Assembly: GCA_041675005.1 (NCBI GenBank)
Contig: JBAYUQ010000007.1
Location: 89-64,088, forward strand
Source: Candidatus Kapaibacterium sp.
GTDB lineage: Bacteria > Bacteroidota > Ignavibacteria > Kapaibacteriales > UBA2268
Reading direction: 5' to 3'
Length of the DNA stretch: 64,000 nt
Below are positions 16,297 through 27,203 of this stretch, piece after piece. Below the pieces are notes generated by a model. That model was not told where the DNA came from, did no database searches, and saw only the letters and a list, made by a program, of their open reading frames with translations. The position numbers and the translations under genes were made by a program. Each line of letters opens with the position of its first letter. Position 1 is the first letter of the stretch.

Positions 16297-18291
16297 TTAT
16301 TTTTCCTTTGGAGTAATAACATAAATCTGTACAGTTCTTGATAATTGACGACCAATAGTCAAATCATTATCATAAGGTTGGATACTTTCACCAATACCAT
16401 ATACTTCAAATTTAGCATCTTTCGCTTTAGAACTGATATACTTTTCTACATTACGTGCTCTTAGTAGAGCAAGTTTCTTATTGTAGTTTTCTTCTCCGAT
16501 TCTATCACTATAACCGTATATTTGAACAGTCGAGTTATACGCAATAGCTGGTAGTATATTGTTATCGATTATATCTTTATCTTGTGCTGATATTTCTGGA
16601 CTATCGAAATCGAATACAACTAAACTGAATTTAGAAATTGTTTTATCTGGTTTAACTTCTTGTGATCTTTGTGAAGTTGAGATAAATTCAACTGGAATAG
16701 AGCCAGTTATATTATTTGATTTTCCTTTTACATTTTCAACTGACAAGTTATACTCAACTGGTAAATCACTAGCTGAAAGTTGATTTGGTTTGATTGCCCA
16801 TTGGATTTCATTAGGGTTTCCACCGCCATTGAAAGTCTTGATCATTTTACCTGATTGAGATAATTCTAATTGCCATTTAGTAACGCTATCTGATGATGTT
16901 ACTTCTGGAACGAACTCCACTAAATCTGGACTAGCAATTGAAGATTTCTCTTTCTCAACTAGCATTGGGTTTAATAGTGTTCTATCTTTAGATGTAAATT
17001 CTACTCTTCTGTTTTCTGCTACACCGTCTTCAACTCTTGTTGATGATGGCTTAGAAGGATTAGCTAATCCTTCTACAGTAATTCTATCTGGAGAGATACC
17101 ATAATTAACTACTAAATAGTTTTTAGCTTGCTCAGCTCTTTCTTTTGCTAGAGCTGTTTTACCTTTTTCAGTTTTATTATCAACAGTACCAGTGATTTTT
17201 AAATCAGCAGCAGTGTTTTGTTGCATACGAGTACCGATAATATCCAAAGTGTTTTTATTTATTTCGATAGCGTCTGCTTCTATATCTTCCATTACAAATT
17301 TACCAGTTTCTCTCTCTGCAGCTAATGTTTGAGTCGAAGCTGATGGATATTTACTACCTTCGTTGTAGAATACATAAGGTACAATTGGAAATAATTCAGT
17401 GTATTTTACTTCTTCTACTCTGATATTATCAACGCTGTAAGCCATACCATCTTTATTATAAGCTCTAATATCTTTCAAACCAACATTTATAGAAGATTCA
17501 GCTTCAGGTTCAACTTCATCATCGCCAAAACCAAATGTTAAGCTAACGCCAGCTCTTAGTTGAGCGAAGTTCCAATCATTATTAGTACCTCCGTTAAAAT
17601 CACTTACATTCGAGAAAGGTAATCTGAAACTAACCTCAGGAGTCAAGAAAATGTTATCATCGATTTCCATCATATAGCCAGCACCTAAAGCAAGGGCTAA
17701 TCTAAGAGGAGTATCCATTATATCGCCAGAGGATGGTTGATCAGCAAGAGTTGAAATACCAAATTCATCTGTTGTAATCCTAGTTTCTAATCTATTATAA
17801 GATGCAGCTATAGGTATTCCTAATTCAAGACCAGCTAATAAGTATAGATTGTCAACTGGAATTACATTATGGAATTGCATAAACAAATCAATCTCACCAT
17901 ACATCAATGAAGATTCGAACTCATCAAAATAAGTACTAGTATCTGTTAAGAAATGAGTGTACTTATCGCTAGTAGTTGCAAAATCTGCACCAGCACCGTG
18001 CAATCCTAATCTTCCAGAAAAAATGAACATATTGTCAAATGGTACGTTTATAATAAATCCACCATTCAATCCAAGAGACGATTCTGCACCGTAGAAACCA
18101 ATTGGTACTGGATTATTAGAACTTGCATTGAATGAAGTTGGATATTGGAAATCGCCATTGTGCATATTATAGTTTAATCCAAGATAGCCACCTAAGTTAA
18201 GAGGAATATCTTTTTCTTTGGATTGTGCGCTTAGATTAATTAAATTGAAACCAATTAAAATTGGTAGAACAAAAAGGGCAAACTTTTTCAT
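16297..18291 (-). CDS. OmpA-family outer-membrane protein with two C-terminal OmpA-like domains
   Basis: Signal peptide, beta-barrel-like N-terminal half, and two peptidoglycan-binding OmpA_C-like segments ('AENRRVEF', 'YNKKLALLRARNVEKYI'). Confidence 0.65.
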   Translation of the reverse strand: MKKFALFVLPILIGFNLINLSAQSKEKDIPLNLGGYLGLNYNMHNGDFQYPTSFNASSNNPVPIGFYGAESSLGLNGGFIINVPFDNMFIFSGRLGLHGAGADFATTSDKYTHFLTDTSTYFDEFESSLMYGEIDLFMQFHNVIPVDNLYLLAGLELGIPIAASYNRLETRITTDEFGISTLADQPSSGDIMDTPLRLALALGAGYMMEIDDNIFLTPEVSFRLPFSNVSDFNGGTNNDWNFAQLRAGVSLTFGFGDDEVEPEAESSINVGLKDIRAYNKDGMAYSVDNIRVEEVKYTELFPIVPYVFYNEGSKYPSASTQTLAAERETGKFVMEDIEADAIEINKNTLDIIGTRMQQNTAADLKITGTVDNKTEKGKTALAKERAEQAKNYLVVNYGISPDRITVEGLANPSKPSSTRVEDGVAENRRVEFTSKDRTLLNPMLVEKEKSSIASPDLVEFVPEVTSSDSVTKWQLELSQSGKMIKTFNGGGNPNEIQWAIKPNQLSASDLPVEYNLSVENVKGKSNNITGSIPVEFISTSQRSQEVKPDKTISKFSLVVFDFDSPEISAQDKDIIDNNILPAIAYNSTVQIYGYSDRIGEENYNKKLALLRARNVEKYISSKAKDAKFEVYGIGESIQPYDNDLTIGRQLSRTVQIYVITPKEK

Positions 18292-18353
18292 AGTAAAAAG
18301 AACCTTAGTAAATTTAAAAATTATTTATTCAAAATTAACAATAATATAGTCAA

Positions 18354-19052
18354 ATGAAAAGTATTAACGCAAACTCAAATAGAATAGTAACGAGATTACT
18401 TCTTGTAACGTCTATTATACTAATTAATTTTAGTGTTTCTTCTGCCGCAGGTCCATTAGGATTGCATTTCAAAGCTGGATTATCTACTCCTAATGACCAG
18501 ATATCAAAAGTTTACTCAGATGATAATTTGACATCCAATAATATTAGCTCTGGTGATTTTTTAACCGAAAATGCTGATTTGGGTTATCATTTGGGTGTAG
18601 CTGCTAGAATAGAACTAGCTTCAATGTTTCATTTTGTGGGTGGTATTGAGTTCCATAGGTTTCCTCGCTCGGAATTCAAGATAAAAGACCCACAAACTGG
18701 TGAAATACATCAATTCAAATCAACTCAGAATATAATACCTATTCATGCTGGTATCAATTTAGCGTTCATCAATACTGATTTATTAAATATATATGCGACT
18801 GGTGGATTTGCTTATAACTATATTTCTAATTCAGTTGATTATGTTTCTGATGAATCTGATTATTCTGTACCACTTGATATGAGTCCAACTGATTCAAGAA
18901 TTGGTTATTTTTTAGGTGCAGGTACTGATTTAGATTTGAAGATATTTAAGCTTAATCTAGAGTTGAAATACCAACATATAAATCTGATTGGGAAAGATTC
19001 AGGTGAGCCTGATAAAAAGTTCTTGGCTGTTAGTTTGGGTGTGATTCTTTAG
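18354..19052 (+). CDS. outer-membrane beta-barrel protein (porin/OmpW-like)
   Basis: Signal peptide, alternating amphipathic strands, C-terminal aromatic-x-aromatic-type ending (SLGVIL). Confidence 0.45.
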   Translation: MKSINANSNRIVTRLLLVTSIILINFSVSSAAGPLGLHFKAGLSTPNDQISKVYSDDNLTSNNISSGDFLTENADLGYHLGVAARIELASMFHFVGGIEFHRFPRSEFKIKDPQTGEIHQFKSTQNIIPIHAGINLAFINTDLLNIYATGGFAYNYISNSVDYVSDESDYSVPLDMSPTDSRIGYFLGAGTDLDLKIFKLNLELKYQHINLIGKDSGEPDKKFLAVSLGVIL

Positions 19053-19900
19053 TTATCCGACTTATAAAAATACCCGTCTTTGAACGCTTTTATAACTGTT
19101 TGTCTATCTGATTTGTTGCTTGCTTTTCGGAGCCAAGAGATTAGATAGGCAAATGGTCTTAACCACCTAACAAGAAAAGTCCCATGCAATACATCAATTG
19201 CAATTATATTACGAATAATATAATAGTTTTTCCAAGAGAATTCCTTATTCAAATCAGGTGCATCAAGCATTCTATCTAGGTTTGCAGCTTTGATTATATA
19301 AGAGCTGAAATCAGCTTTTTTAGCACGAATCATATATTCACTATCATCAGCAAATATAAAGAATTTCTTTTCTGGTAAACCAATCTTTTCTATCAATGAT
19401 CTATGAAACATCGGTCCTTCAAAAGTAAGACCGGTGGCTGGAATAATTTCATTCACCAAATCTTCCTTCTTCAGTAATCGCTTCCATATATTGCTGAATG
19501 GGTTCGTCAGATTAAATTCGATTGTATCATTTATGAAAGGAGTACCGTCTAAGCTATATCTAAGAGGAGCTACAACTGTATTAGGTTCTATGTTAGCTAC
19601 CAAATGCGATAGGCAATCTGGTCTGGGAATTACGTCATCGTCCATAGCCCAAATCCATTCATGTCCCCTATCATAAGCAGTTTTGAATGCAGTATATTGA
19701 CCACCAGAGCTTCCTACATTTTCTTGTGTAACTACGAATATATCAGTATTCTCCGCTAACCATTCTACAGTTCCATCAGTAGAGCCGTTGTTCACTACTA
19801 TTATCTCATCTATACTCTGAGTTTGAGCTCTCAAACCAGCAATAGTTTTCTTGAGTAATTCCAATCGGTTGAATGTAATGACAATAGCTGCTATACTCAT
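19049..19900 (-). CDS. family 2 glycosyltransferase
   Basis: 'AAIVITFNRLELLKKTI...IIVVNNGSTDGT' GT2 N-terminal signature; DxD-like 'MDDD'. Confidence 0.7.
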   Translation of the reverse strand: MSIAAIVITFNRLELLKKTIAGLRAQTQSIDEIIVVNNGSTDGTVEWLAENTDIFVVTQENVGSSGGQYTAFKTAYDRGHEWIWAMDDDVIPRPDCLSHLVANIEPNTVVAPLRYSLDGTPFINDTIEFNLTNPFSNIWKRLLKKEDLVNEIIPATGLTFEGPMFHRSLIEKIGLPEKKFFIFADDSEYMIRAKKADFSSYIIKAANLDRMLDAPDLNKEFSWKNYYIIRNIIAIDVLHGTFLVRWLRPFAYLISWLRKASNKSDRQTVIKAFKDGYFYKSDN

Positions 19901-20343
19901 ATCGAGAATATCCTTAGTTGTTCGGGATTACGTATTATCTTTTCCAATTGAATAGCACCATTTACATGATCGGGAATTGGGAAAAAGTGCTCTAGTTCTG
20001 AATTTTTCAGCCAGCTGAATTCTGTGTGCTCTTCTGAAATAATAATATTTCTAAAATCTTCTAATACAACAGCAAATGTAGGAACACTTTCAACAGTATC
20101 TCTCCTCAGGTCATAGAAGCCACCAAGATAGGGTAACTTGTACCAAGTATCAATAATAAGTCCAGACTCTTCTTTTAATTCTCTTTTTGCTGCATCGAAA
20201 GCATTTTCATCTTCTTCAAGTGTACCTGTAATAGTTTGCCACATAGTAGGAAAGAGTTTGCAATTCTCTGATCTACGTAGAGCTAAGTGCCAAATCTCAT
20301 TTTCTTTAGACACGGCTACATGTACTTGAATGGTTCTAAACAT
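19897..20343 (-). CDS. NUDIX hydrolase
   Basis: Nudix box 'GTLEEDENAFDAAKRELKEESGL' (Gx5Ex7REUxEExGU). Confidence 0.7.
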   Translation of the reverse strand: MFRTIQVHVAVSKENEIWHLALRRSENCKLFPTMWQTITGTLEEDENAFDAAKRELKEESGLIIDTWYKLPYLGGFYDLRRDTVESVPTFAVVLEDFRNIIISEEHTEFSWLKNSELEHFFPIPDHVNGAIQLEKIIRNPEQLRIFSI

Positions 20344-20344
20344 A

Positions 20345-21502
20345 TTATATTACCTCTTTAACAAATTGGAGTAATGCTTTCTCATCTACTGACCAATTGT
20401 ATCTTTTCACATAGGCATTATAAGCATTAGTTGAAAGATTGTCATAATCACAATCGTATAATTTTTTAATGCTTTCTTTTATATCAATATTAGAATCAAT
20501 ATTGATAGTTATACCGCAGCCAAGTTCATTGTTTAATCTTGACATTGGTTTAGTATCGGAAGTTATTATCGGAATTCCAAATTTAAGGAAATCGTAGTAT
20601 TTGTTGAAGTTCGTAGTATTAGTGAAGTCATTGACTCCATAAGGTAGCACGCCAAAGTTAATCGTTTTCAGATACTTTTGATAAAGCTCATCTTTCCAAT
20701 TACCGTACATTATTATCTTATCAGAATGTCCAGATTCATCAACTATTTTCTTCGTTTCTTGGTATATTTCCCCATTACCCATAATATGGAATTCCATATC
20801 ATAGCCCTCGTTTAATAGCTCTATAACAGCTTGGAGGAACTCGAATACAGATTTATCACCAGTTAGATTACCGTGATGACCAAATATTGGCTTGGTGAAT
20901 TTCTTGTCTATTTTTGTATTTTCTTCGAAGATTGGAGTATTTTCGACTACGCAGAACTTGTGATTGCTAATGTATTTCTCAGACTTTAGTCTATCTACTT
21001 GTTCGTCACAAACAACAATTACATTTTTTATCAAATTAAGCGATTTCTTCTCAACCACTTTTGCCAAATCGAGAGTGTGGATTAGAAATCTAGAGAATAT
21101 GTTTTGCTTATATTTTTTGAATAGTTTGATGACGGCAGGATAATTCTCCGCCATATCCATAATAGTAGGAATACTATACTTTTTACCTAATTTGCCGACT
21201 AAAGTACCAAGCATAATCTCACGAACTATAATAGCATCTGGTTTGAAACCTTTGATAACAGTTTCTAGCTCTTTTTTCCAAATGGGATTAAAAGAAAGAG
21301 GAATGCTTTTTATTGACTTCTCACGGAAGCCAACACGGCGAACAGTAATACCGTCAATTTGTTCAGCTTTTTTAGCTTCTTTACCCCATCGTGCAAGTAT
21401 AAGAACTTCATAATCTTTGGCTAGGGAGTTACAAATTTTTTCAACTCTAACATCCCATGGATAGGGTGACTTCCATACATATATTATTTTCTTTCTATCC
21501 AT
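20345..21502 (-). CDS. glycosyltransferase (GT4/GT1-like)
   Basis: 385 aa, two Rossmann-like halves, C-terminal 'GIPIITSD' GT-B type motif. Sits in the glycosylation locus. Confidence 0.5.
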   Translation of the reverse strand: MDRKKIIYVWKSPYPWDVRVEKICNSLAKDYEVLILARWGKEAKKAEQIDGITVRRVGFREKSIKSIPLSFNPIWKKELETVIKGFKPDAIIVREIMLGTLVGKLGKKYSIPTIMDMAENYPAVIKLFKKYKQNIFSRFLIHTLDLAKVVEKKSLNLIKNVIVVCDEQVDRLKSEKYISNHKFCVVENTPIFEENTKIDKKFTKPIFGHHGNLTGDKSVFEFLQAVIELLNEGYDMEFHIMGNGEIYQETKKIVDESGHSDKIIMYGNWKDELYQKYLKTINFGVLPYGVNDFTNTTNFNKYYDFLKFGIPIITSDTKPMSRLNNELGCGITINIDSNIDIKESIKKLYDCDYDNLSTNAYNAYVKRYNWSVDEKALLQFVKEVI

Positions 21503-22123
21503 CTATAGCATATACTTTACTGCTACGAAACCACCAACTAGAAGCACTAAGAAAGCTATTGAGATAACATCAAAATACTTTTCGATAAATGCCTTGATAG
21601 GAGCACCATATTTGAATAGAAGACCTGCCACTAAGAAGAAACGAGCCGCTCTACCGATAGAAGAGACTGCAATAAAAGTAGTTAAATCCATATTCGCAGC
21701 ACCCGAAGCAATTGTTGCTACTTTATAAGGAATTGGAGAAAATGCTGCACCTGCCAAGAAAAGTGTTCCCCATTCTTCATATAACTTGACAAAGTCTGCC
21801 ATTGCATGTTCTTTCCCATAGAATTGTAATATTGGGTTTCCAATCGAATCCATTAGTACAGCACCTATATAATATCCGAAGATACCACCAAGAACAGAAC
21901 CAATACTACACCAAAGTGCAGCTTTAAAGGCCCTTTTAGGGTTAGAAATAGCTATTGCAATAAGTAGTACATCCGGAGGAATCGGGAAGAAAGAGGACTC
22001 CATAAAGGATAAAACAAATAATGCCAACATAGCGTGTGGCTTGTCGGCAAAACTTTCCATCCAATCTGTCATTCGCCTTATCCAGGCAGTAAATTTCTTT
22101 AGCAAATTATTCCTCCCAAACAC
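21503..22123 (-). CDS. DedA/YqaA-family (SNARE-associated) membrane protein
   Basis: '[27 protein letters not shown]' is typical of the YqaA/DedA family; 4-5 TM segments. Confidence 0.55.
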   Translation of the reverse strand: MFGRNNLLKKFTAWIRRMTDWMESFADKPHAMLALFVLSFMESSFFPIPPDVLLIAIAISNPKRAFKAALWCSIGSVLGGIFGYYIGAVLMDSIGNPILQFYGKEHAMADFVKLYEEWGTLFLAGAAFSPIPYKVATIASGAANMDLTTFIAVSSIGRAARFFLVAGLLFKYGAPIKAFIEKYFDVISIAFLVLLVGGFVAVKYML

Positions 22124-23060
22124 CCATATTCAAGAATTTCTCATGACGTATTTCTATGAGCTTTTTGGAATCGTATTTTTTGTAAGATTTTAGTTCTTTA
22201 AGAAGTGTTCTTCTCATAATAGCAAACATATCATCTGGGTTTTTGTGAGCTCCACCAAGAGGTTCTTTTACAATTTCGTCAATTATATTAAGTTCTTTCA
22301 AATCAGGAGCAGTTAGTTTTAGAGCTTCAGCCGCTTGTTCTTTGAAATCCCAAGTCTTCCATAAAATACTACTACAAGATTCTGGAGCTATTACCGAATA
22401 CCAAGAGTATTCCAACATCAGTATTCTATCACCAATACCTATACCCAAAGCACCACCAGAAGCCCCTTCGCCTATTACAATTACTATTATTGGAACTTTT
22501 AATTGTGCCATTTTAATTAAGTTGTCAGCTATTGCTTCTGCTTGACCTCTTTCTTCTGCTTCTATACCTGGGTAAGCACCCGGCGTATCTAAGAAACAAA
22601 CAATTGGTCTATTGAATTTCTCTGCCATTTTGAAAAGTCTTAACGCTTTTCTGTATCCTTCAGGATTGGGCATACCAAAATTCCTAAGAATATTAGACTT
22701 AGTATCTCTTCCTTTTTGGTGTCCAACGAACATAACTTGATGCTCACCGATAGTAGCCATACCACCCATAATAGCAGCGTCATCTTTGAACTTTCTATCG
22801 CCGTGTAATTCCACAAAGCTATCGAATGTATTTTCAAGATAGTCGGAAGTAATCGGTCTTTCTGGATGGCGAGCTATTTGCACTCTTTGCCATCTAGTTA
22901 GTCCTGCGTAAATATTCTTTTTGAGATTATCTACTTTCTTTTCTAAACTTTCTATGTCTTGTTCAATATCCAATTCTTCGCCTAATTGTTTCATCTCGGC
23001 TATCTTATCTTCCAATTCTATGATTGGTTTCTCAAAGTCTAAAATAAAGTTATTTGCCAT
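22107..23060 (-). CDS. accA: acetyl-CoA carboxylase carboxyltransferase alpha subunit
   Basis: N-terminal '[14 protein letters not shown]', then '[11 protein letters not shown]', '[11 protein letters not shown]' and '[18 protein letters not shown]' AccA motifs. Confidence 0.85.
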   Translation of the reverse strand: MANNFILDFEKPIIELEDKIAEMKQLGEELDIEQDIESLEKKVDNLKKNIYAGLTRWQRVQIARHPERPITSDYLENTFDSFVELHGDRKFKDDAAIMGGMATIGEHQVMFVGHQKGRDTKSNILRNFGMPNPEGYRKALRLFKMAEKFNRPIVCFLDTPGAYPGIEAEERGQAEAIADNLIKMAQLKVPIIVIVIGEGASGGALGIGIGDRILMLEYSWYSVIAPESCSSILWKTWDFKEQAAEALKLTAPDLKELNIIDEIVKEPLGGAHKNPDDMFAIMRRTLLKELKSYKKYDSKKLIEIRHEKFLNMGVWEE

Positions 23061-23063
23061 GTT

Positions 23064-24995
23064 CTATCTTCTAAATAAATATTTAAAAAGTATGTCAAAA
23101 TCCAATGAAAGTGAATAGTTATCAAGGTAATGATTGTTCAATTCAGCTATCATTTTCTCTTTTAATTTCTGTGGTTCGCTTATTTGGGCGAGTCCAATAA
23201 TACCTAATTTTCCTTTATCTGACAAACTATTGGTCTCTGGAAATAAACCTATAAATGTCAATTTGCCAAGTAACAACTTAACGAATATATTAGTATTTCC
23301 TTTTACAATTAGTAAAGGTAGTCCGATGGTGAGCATCAGAAGTGAAATAGAAATATCTGATATTCTTTTTAGTAATTTGTATCTAAGTTGTGTTAATTTT
23401 CTTTGCTTCGCCTCTGGATTCACACCAGACACTTCCGTAAGTATTTTTGATATTACCAGATTATCATAGTCATTGGCAAAGAATATATGAACCAAATTAT
23501 CATTTTTCAATCTAATGAATTTCGTATCATCATCAAATTGGAACTCGGTTTTATCTAATACAATAACTTCTGTTATCGATTTATCATTTATAGTTTTCTG
23601 TATGTAATCTGGCTCACCAAGATAATCCAAATCACTAGTAGCACTTTCTTTATTACTGATATACCCTACAATAACGGAGTTATTATAGCTCGATTTTATA
23701 TTATGAATTAACTTAGTTGCATTCTCATTCCAACCAACTAGTACTATTCTGTTTATCTCTTTTACGTTCTTTTGTTTCTCTATTATAGAGCTCAATATCC
23801 TCGTAACTGTTATAAAGACTGCCGAAAACGAAATAGTCATTAGCAATATACCACGACTAAATGCAAAATCACGGAAAAAATAAGTAAAGAAAGTAAGTAT
23901 CAGTAACGAGGACAGAAGTCCGAAAAATGATTTCCTAATAGTTTGATTTTGCTCGAAATACTCACCCGAAAAGAGCATTGAAATAAATGTAATTATACTT
24001 AAGAATATAAACACTGTTGGGTACGCGTAATCTGGGAATGGGAATGCTTCCCTCCATCTCAGGAACGAAGAAAGTATAAGAGATAGATTAACTATTATCA
24101 GATCTATAATAATGAATACTACATCTTTTCTATGCTTTTTGAGATAACTTATAAATGCACGTAGTTTGATACCCATCCGAAGAAAAGCAAAAAACAGCTT
24201 TGATTTACCATAGTGCTTACGAGCAAATATCTCCATAGCATCGTAGAAATGCTTTGTCTCATTCAAAGTACTCCTTTTGGAGCTCTCCCCTTTGAAATGA
24301 GTAATAGTCGTTTTAGGATAGTAGGTAACTCTATAGCCAGCTTGCTTGATTCTATAGCATAAATCTAAATCCTCACCATACATAAAGAAACTTTCATCGA
24401 AACCATTTATCTGCTTTAAGACATCAGTCCTGGTAAACATAAAAGCACCAATCAAAGCATCTATGTCGTTCGTATCATCTTCATTAAGATAACTTAGATT
24501 GTACTTTGCGAATAATTTTGATTTTGGAAATAATCGTTGAAGACCAAAGAGTTTACAAAAAGAAGCCCAAGGAGTTGGGAATCCCCTTCTACAAGCCGAT
24601 TGGAAAGTACCATCTAAATTAAGAACCTTACACCCAGATGTTCCTATATCTGGATTAGATTCCATATAATCGTACATTACTTGTAGTGTATCTGGCTCAA
24701 GTAGAGTATCAGGATTGAGTATTAATGTGTATTTCCCTTTGGCTTCATTGAAACCAAGATTATTGGCTTTACCGAATCCGAGATTACTCTTGGAGTAAAT
24801 ATAATAGAAATTATCTTCTGATTTAGATTGCTCGCCGAATATCACTTCCGAGCCATCAGTCGAGGCATTGTCAACTACTATTATCTCATATCGCAAATTG
24901 GTCGTAGATTTGTGAATCGAGCTTATACACTGTGAAAGGAAGTCCTTCACATTGTAATTCACAATTACGATGGATATGTCAATATTGGGTTGCAA
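23064..24995 (-). CDS. GT2 glycosyltransferase fused to a membrane domain with a bacterial sugar-transferase-like C-terminus
   Basis: N-terminal 'ISIVIVNYNVKDFL...IIVVDNASTDGS' (GT2). Multiple TM segments. The C-terminal 'YLDNYSLSLDFDILFKYLF' resembles the end of WbaP-type transferases. Confidence 0.55.
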   Translation of the reverse strand: MQPNIDISIVIVNYNVKDFLSQCISSIHKSTTNLRYEIIVVDNASTDGSEVIFGEQSKSEDNFYYIYSKSNLGFGKANNLGFNEAKGKYTLILNPDTLLEPDTLQVMYDYMESNPDIGTSGCKVLNLDGTFQSACRRGFPTPWASFCKLFGLQRLFPKSKLFAKYNLSYLNEDDTNDIDALIGAFMFTRTDVLKQINGFDESFFMYGEDLDLCYRIKQAGYRVTYYPKTTITHFKGESSKRSTLNETKHFYDAMEIFARKHYGKSKLFFAFLRMGIKLRAFISYLKKHRKDVVFIIIDLIIVNLSLILSSFLRWREAFPFPDYAYPTVFIFLSIITFISMLFSGEYFEQNQTIRKSFFGLLSSLLILTFFTYFFRDFAFSRGILLMTISFSAVFITVTRILSSIIEKQKNVKEINRIVLVGWNENATKLIHNIKSSYNNSVIVGYISNKESATSDLDYLGEPDYIQKTINDKSITEVIVLDKTEFQFDDDTKFIRLKNDNLVHIFFANDYDNLVISKILTEVSGVNPEAKQRKLTQLRYKLLKRISDISISLLMLTIGLPLLIVKGNTNIFVKLLLGKLTFIGLFPETNSLSDKGKLGIIGLAQISEPQKLKEKMIAELNNHYLDNYSLSLDFDILFKYLFRR

Positions 24996-25010
24996 TTATT
25001 TTTTTGAAGG

Positions 25011-25724
25011 TTATTTTGAGATTTTGACTAAGCCCAACTTGAGCTTCCACACCATAAAAATAGCTTCGTACACAATTTTTTTACTCATTTTTGATTCGCC
25101 TTCCAATCTATCAACAAATATGATTGGAATTTCCTTTACTTTCGCTCCCTTTTTCCATAATCGATAAGTCATCTCTATTTGGAAGCTATATCCATTCGAT
25201 TTGACTTCATCGAAATTAATTTTGGAAAGAGCAGTAGCTCTAAAGCATTTGAATCCACCAGTTGCGTCTTTGACATCCATACCCGTTATAACACGAGTAT
25301 AAAGATTAGCGAAATAGCTAAGTAGCAATCTTTTCAAAGGCCAGTTAACTACATTAACTCCCTTTATATACCTAGAACCTAATACTACATCATATTCTTG
25401 GATATACTTCAAGAAGTTTGGAATCTCTTCAGGATTGTGAGAGAAATCCGCATCCATTTCCATTATATAGTCGTATTTATTCTCAAGCGCGTATTTGAAT
25501 CCAGCTAGATAAGCCGTACCGAGTCCCATTTTCCCTTCACGTTCTATGATATGAATACGAGTTGATTCTTGCATCTTGTCTCTTACAAGTTTGCCAGTTC
25601 CATCAGGAGAATTATCGTCTACTACGAGTATGTCTATCTCATCGTGAACTGAGAATATCTTATCTATAATTCTAACTATATTCTTACTTTCGTTGTATGT
25701 CGGTATTACTACTATTGCTTTCAT
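25011..25724 (-). CDS. polyprenyl-phosphate glycosyltransferase (DPM1-like GT2)
   Basis: 'VVIPTYNESKNI', 'ILVVDDNSPDGT', 'MDADFSH' are typical of dolichyl/undecaprenyl-phosphate mannosyl/glucosyltransferases. Confidence 0.7.
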   Translation of the reverse strand: MKAIVVIPTYNESKNIVRIIDKIFSVHDEIDILVVDDNSPDGTGKLVRDKMQESTRIHIIEREGKMGLGTAYLAGFKYALENKYDYIMEMDADFSHNPEEIPNFLKYIQEYDVVLGSRYIKGVNVVNWPLKRLLLSYFANLYTRVITGMDVKDATGGFKCFRATALSKINFDEVKSNGYSFQIEMTYRLWKKGAKVKEIPIIFVDRLEGESKMSKKIVYEAIFMVWKLKLGLVKISK

Positions 25725-25727
25725 ATA

Positions 25728-27203
25728 TTATGCTTGTCCATGTCCTTTGAACACTAACCAAATTGTCCGAATAATTATTTCAAAATCTAATTTCAACGAC
25801 ATATTTTCAATATAATAAAAATCGTCCTTAGTTCTATTTTCTATTTCTTCTAAACTGAGTTCGTGCGACTCATATTTTATTTGCCACCAACCCGTAATGC
25901 CGGGTCTGACTTTGTGACGGCGATTATAGTAGTCTAGTTGCTCCGAAAACATTTTTACGAATTTCGGTTGCTCGGGCCTTGGCCCAACTATACTCATATC
26001 CCCAATGAAACAATTCCAAAACTGAGGAACTTCGTCGAGATGAGATTTTCGTAAGAATTTACCGAATTTCGTCACCCTTTTATCGCCTACTACTGTCCAT
26101 TTTTGTTCGGCATCTGGCTTAGCAGGAACCATTGATCTAAACTTATATATTTTAAACTCCTTGCCGTGTCTCCCCACTCGTGGTTGAGTATAGAATACCC
26201 CACCTTTCGACTCAATTGATATAGCTAAAGCTAATAGGAGCCATACAGGCAAACCAATAATAAGTACTAAAGTACTAAAAACTATGTCGAATATTCTTTT
26301 AGCAAAGCTTTGCCATGGCTTCATCAGATTTAAGTTCACATCAATCAGAGGAATACCATAAAGATTCGTAGTCTTAGATTGACCCGTGAAGATATGATAC
26401 AAATCTGGTTCTATTTTCACGCTAATATTATTGTCCTTGCATATCTGGACTATGTTGAACATACTTGCTCTATGACTCATCTTAGAACCAATAACTATCG
26501 AATCTGGTTTGTATTCTTCTATTATTTTCATGAAATCATTAATAGAGCCAATATTAGGGATCAGATCTCTGTCTTCTTCTTTTTCTTTATTCTCCGAAGT
26601 ACTAATATAGCCAATTGGTCTAAAGCCCCACCCTGGTGAAAGCTGCATTTTCCTTGCTATTTGGAATACTTTTTCTTTCTTACCTATGAAAATAGTTCTC
26701 AGATTTATAACTTTTCTCTTTCTCAAAGAGAGCTGTATTCTTCTAGCTATAGTTCTAAATATAACGATATTGATACTTAGCACGACAAAATATATTAGAA
26801 TCAGCATTCTTGGGCTAGTCTGGATAACCGATAGCACCACAATAGCAAGCATCAAACAACCGAAGCCGACCAGTTTGAGCATTGTAAATATTTCATCAAT
26901 AGGTGATCGTTCGTACCAGTTCCTATACATACCATTAACAGCGAAAAGTGCAATCCAATAAACAATTAATGATATTGAAGGATATAATATCAATGACCAA
27001 TCATAAGATAGATTTGGCTTAATTGCTCCGAATAAGCTAGTCTCAAATCGAATATAATACTGAATAAAAAAGCTAACTACAATAGCCAATATATCAGCCG
27101 TAAGTTCCAAATAGAGTGGCAAAATCAAATTCTTGAACTTAGTAGAGTAGGAAGTTTTGATTTGCTCAGTTATGATTTTACTATTTTCTACAGCTATACT
27201 CAA
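25728..27203 (-). CDS. undecaprenyl-phosphate sugar phosphotransferase (WbaP/EpsE-like initiating transferase)
   Basis: C-terminal 'RIFDIVFSTLVLIIGLPVWLLLALAI...GGVFYTQPRVGRHGKEFKIYKFRSM' bacterial sugar-transferase signature; N-terminal TM bundle. Confidence 0.8.
   Translation of the reverse strand: MSIAVENSKIITEQIKTSYSTKFKNLILPLYLELTADILAIVVSFFIQYYIRFETSLFGAIKPNLSYDWSLILYPSISLIVYWIALFAVNGMYRNWYERSPIDEIFTMLKLVGFGCLMLAIVVLSVIQTSPRMLILIYFVVLSINIVIFRTIARRIQLSLRKRKVINLRTIFIGKKEKVFQIARKMQLSPGWGFRPIGYISTSENKEKEEDRDLIPNIGSINDFMKIIEEYKPDSIVIGSKMSHRASMFNIVQICKDNNISVKIEPDLYHIFTGQSKTTNLYGIPLIDVNLNLMKPWQSFAKRIFDIVFSTLVLIIGLPVWLLLALAISIESKGGVFYTQPRVGRHGKEFKIYKFRSMVPAKPDAEQKWTVVGDKRVTKFGKFLRKSHLDEVPQFWNCFIGDMSIVGPRPEQPKFVKMFSEQLDYYNRRHKVRPGITGWWQIKYESHELSLEEIENRTKDDFYYIENMSLKLDFEIIIRTIWLVFKGHGQA

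Noticed and set aside
23134-23469. 111-aa plus-strand ORF and several other 60-110-aa ORFs (2974-3162, 4924-5142, 7480-7689, 7771-8049, 11070-11345, 12539-12760, 13627-13836, 14456-14644, 15512-15718, 16559-16783, 19434-19676, 20138-20329, 21192-21413, 22342-22545, 22640-22837, 22921-23118, 24970-25167, 26379-26639, 26686-26961, 30010-30327, 31509-31700, 31953-32180, 32511-32711, 32826-33050, 33065-33382, 35301-35507, 37373-37576, 38315-38548, 38889-39131, 39515-39730, 39806-39988, 40376-40597, 46206-46529, 47023-47313, 49415-49720, 52627-52833, 53683-54012, 55766-55969, 57680-57877, 59442-59630, 59690-59878, 59745-59930, 60000-60260, 63540-63746, 63719-63916)
   Set aside because: All are embedded in or antisense to longer ORFs with recognisable family motifs. 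AT-rich DNA generates many such shadow frames.
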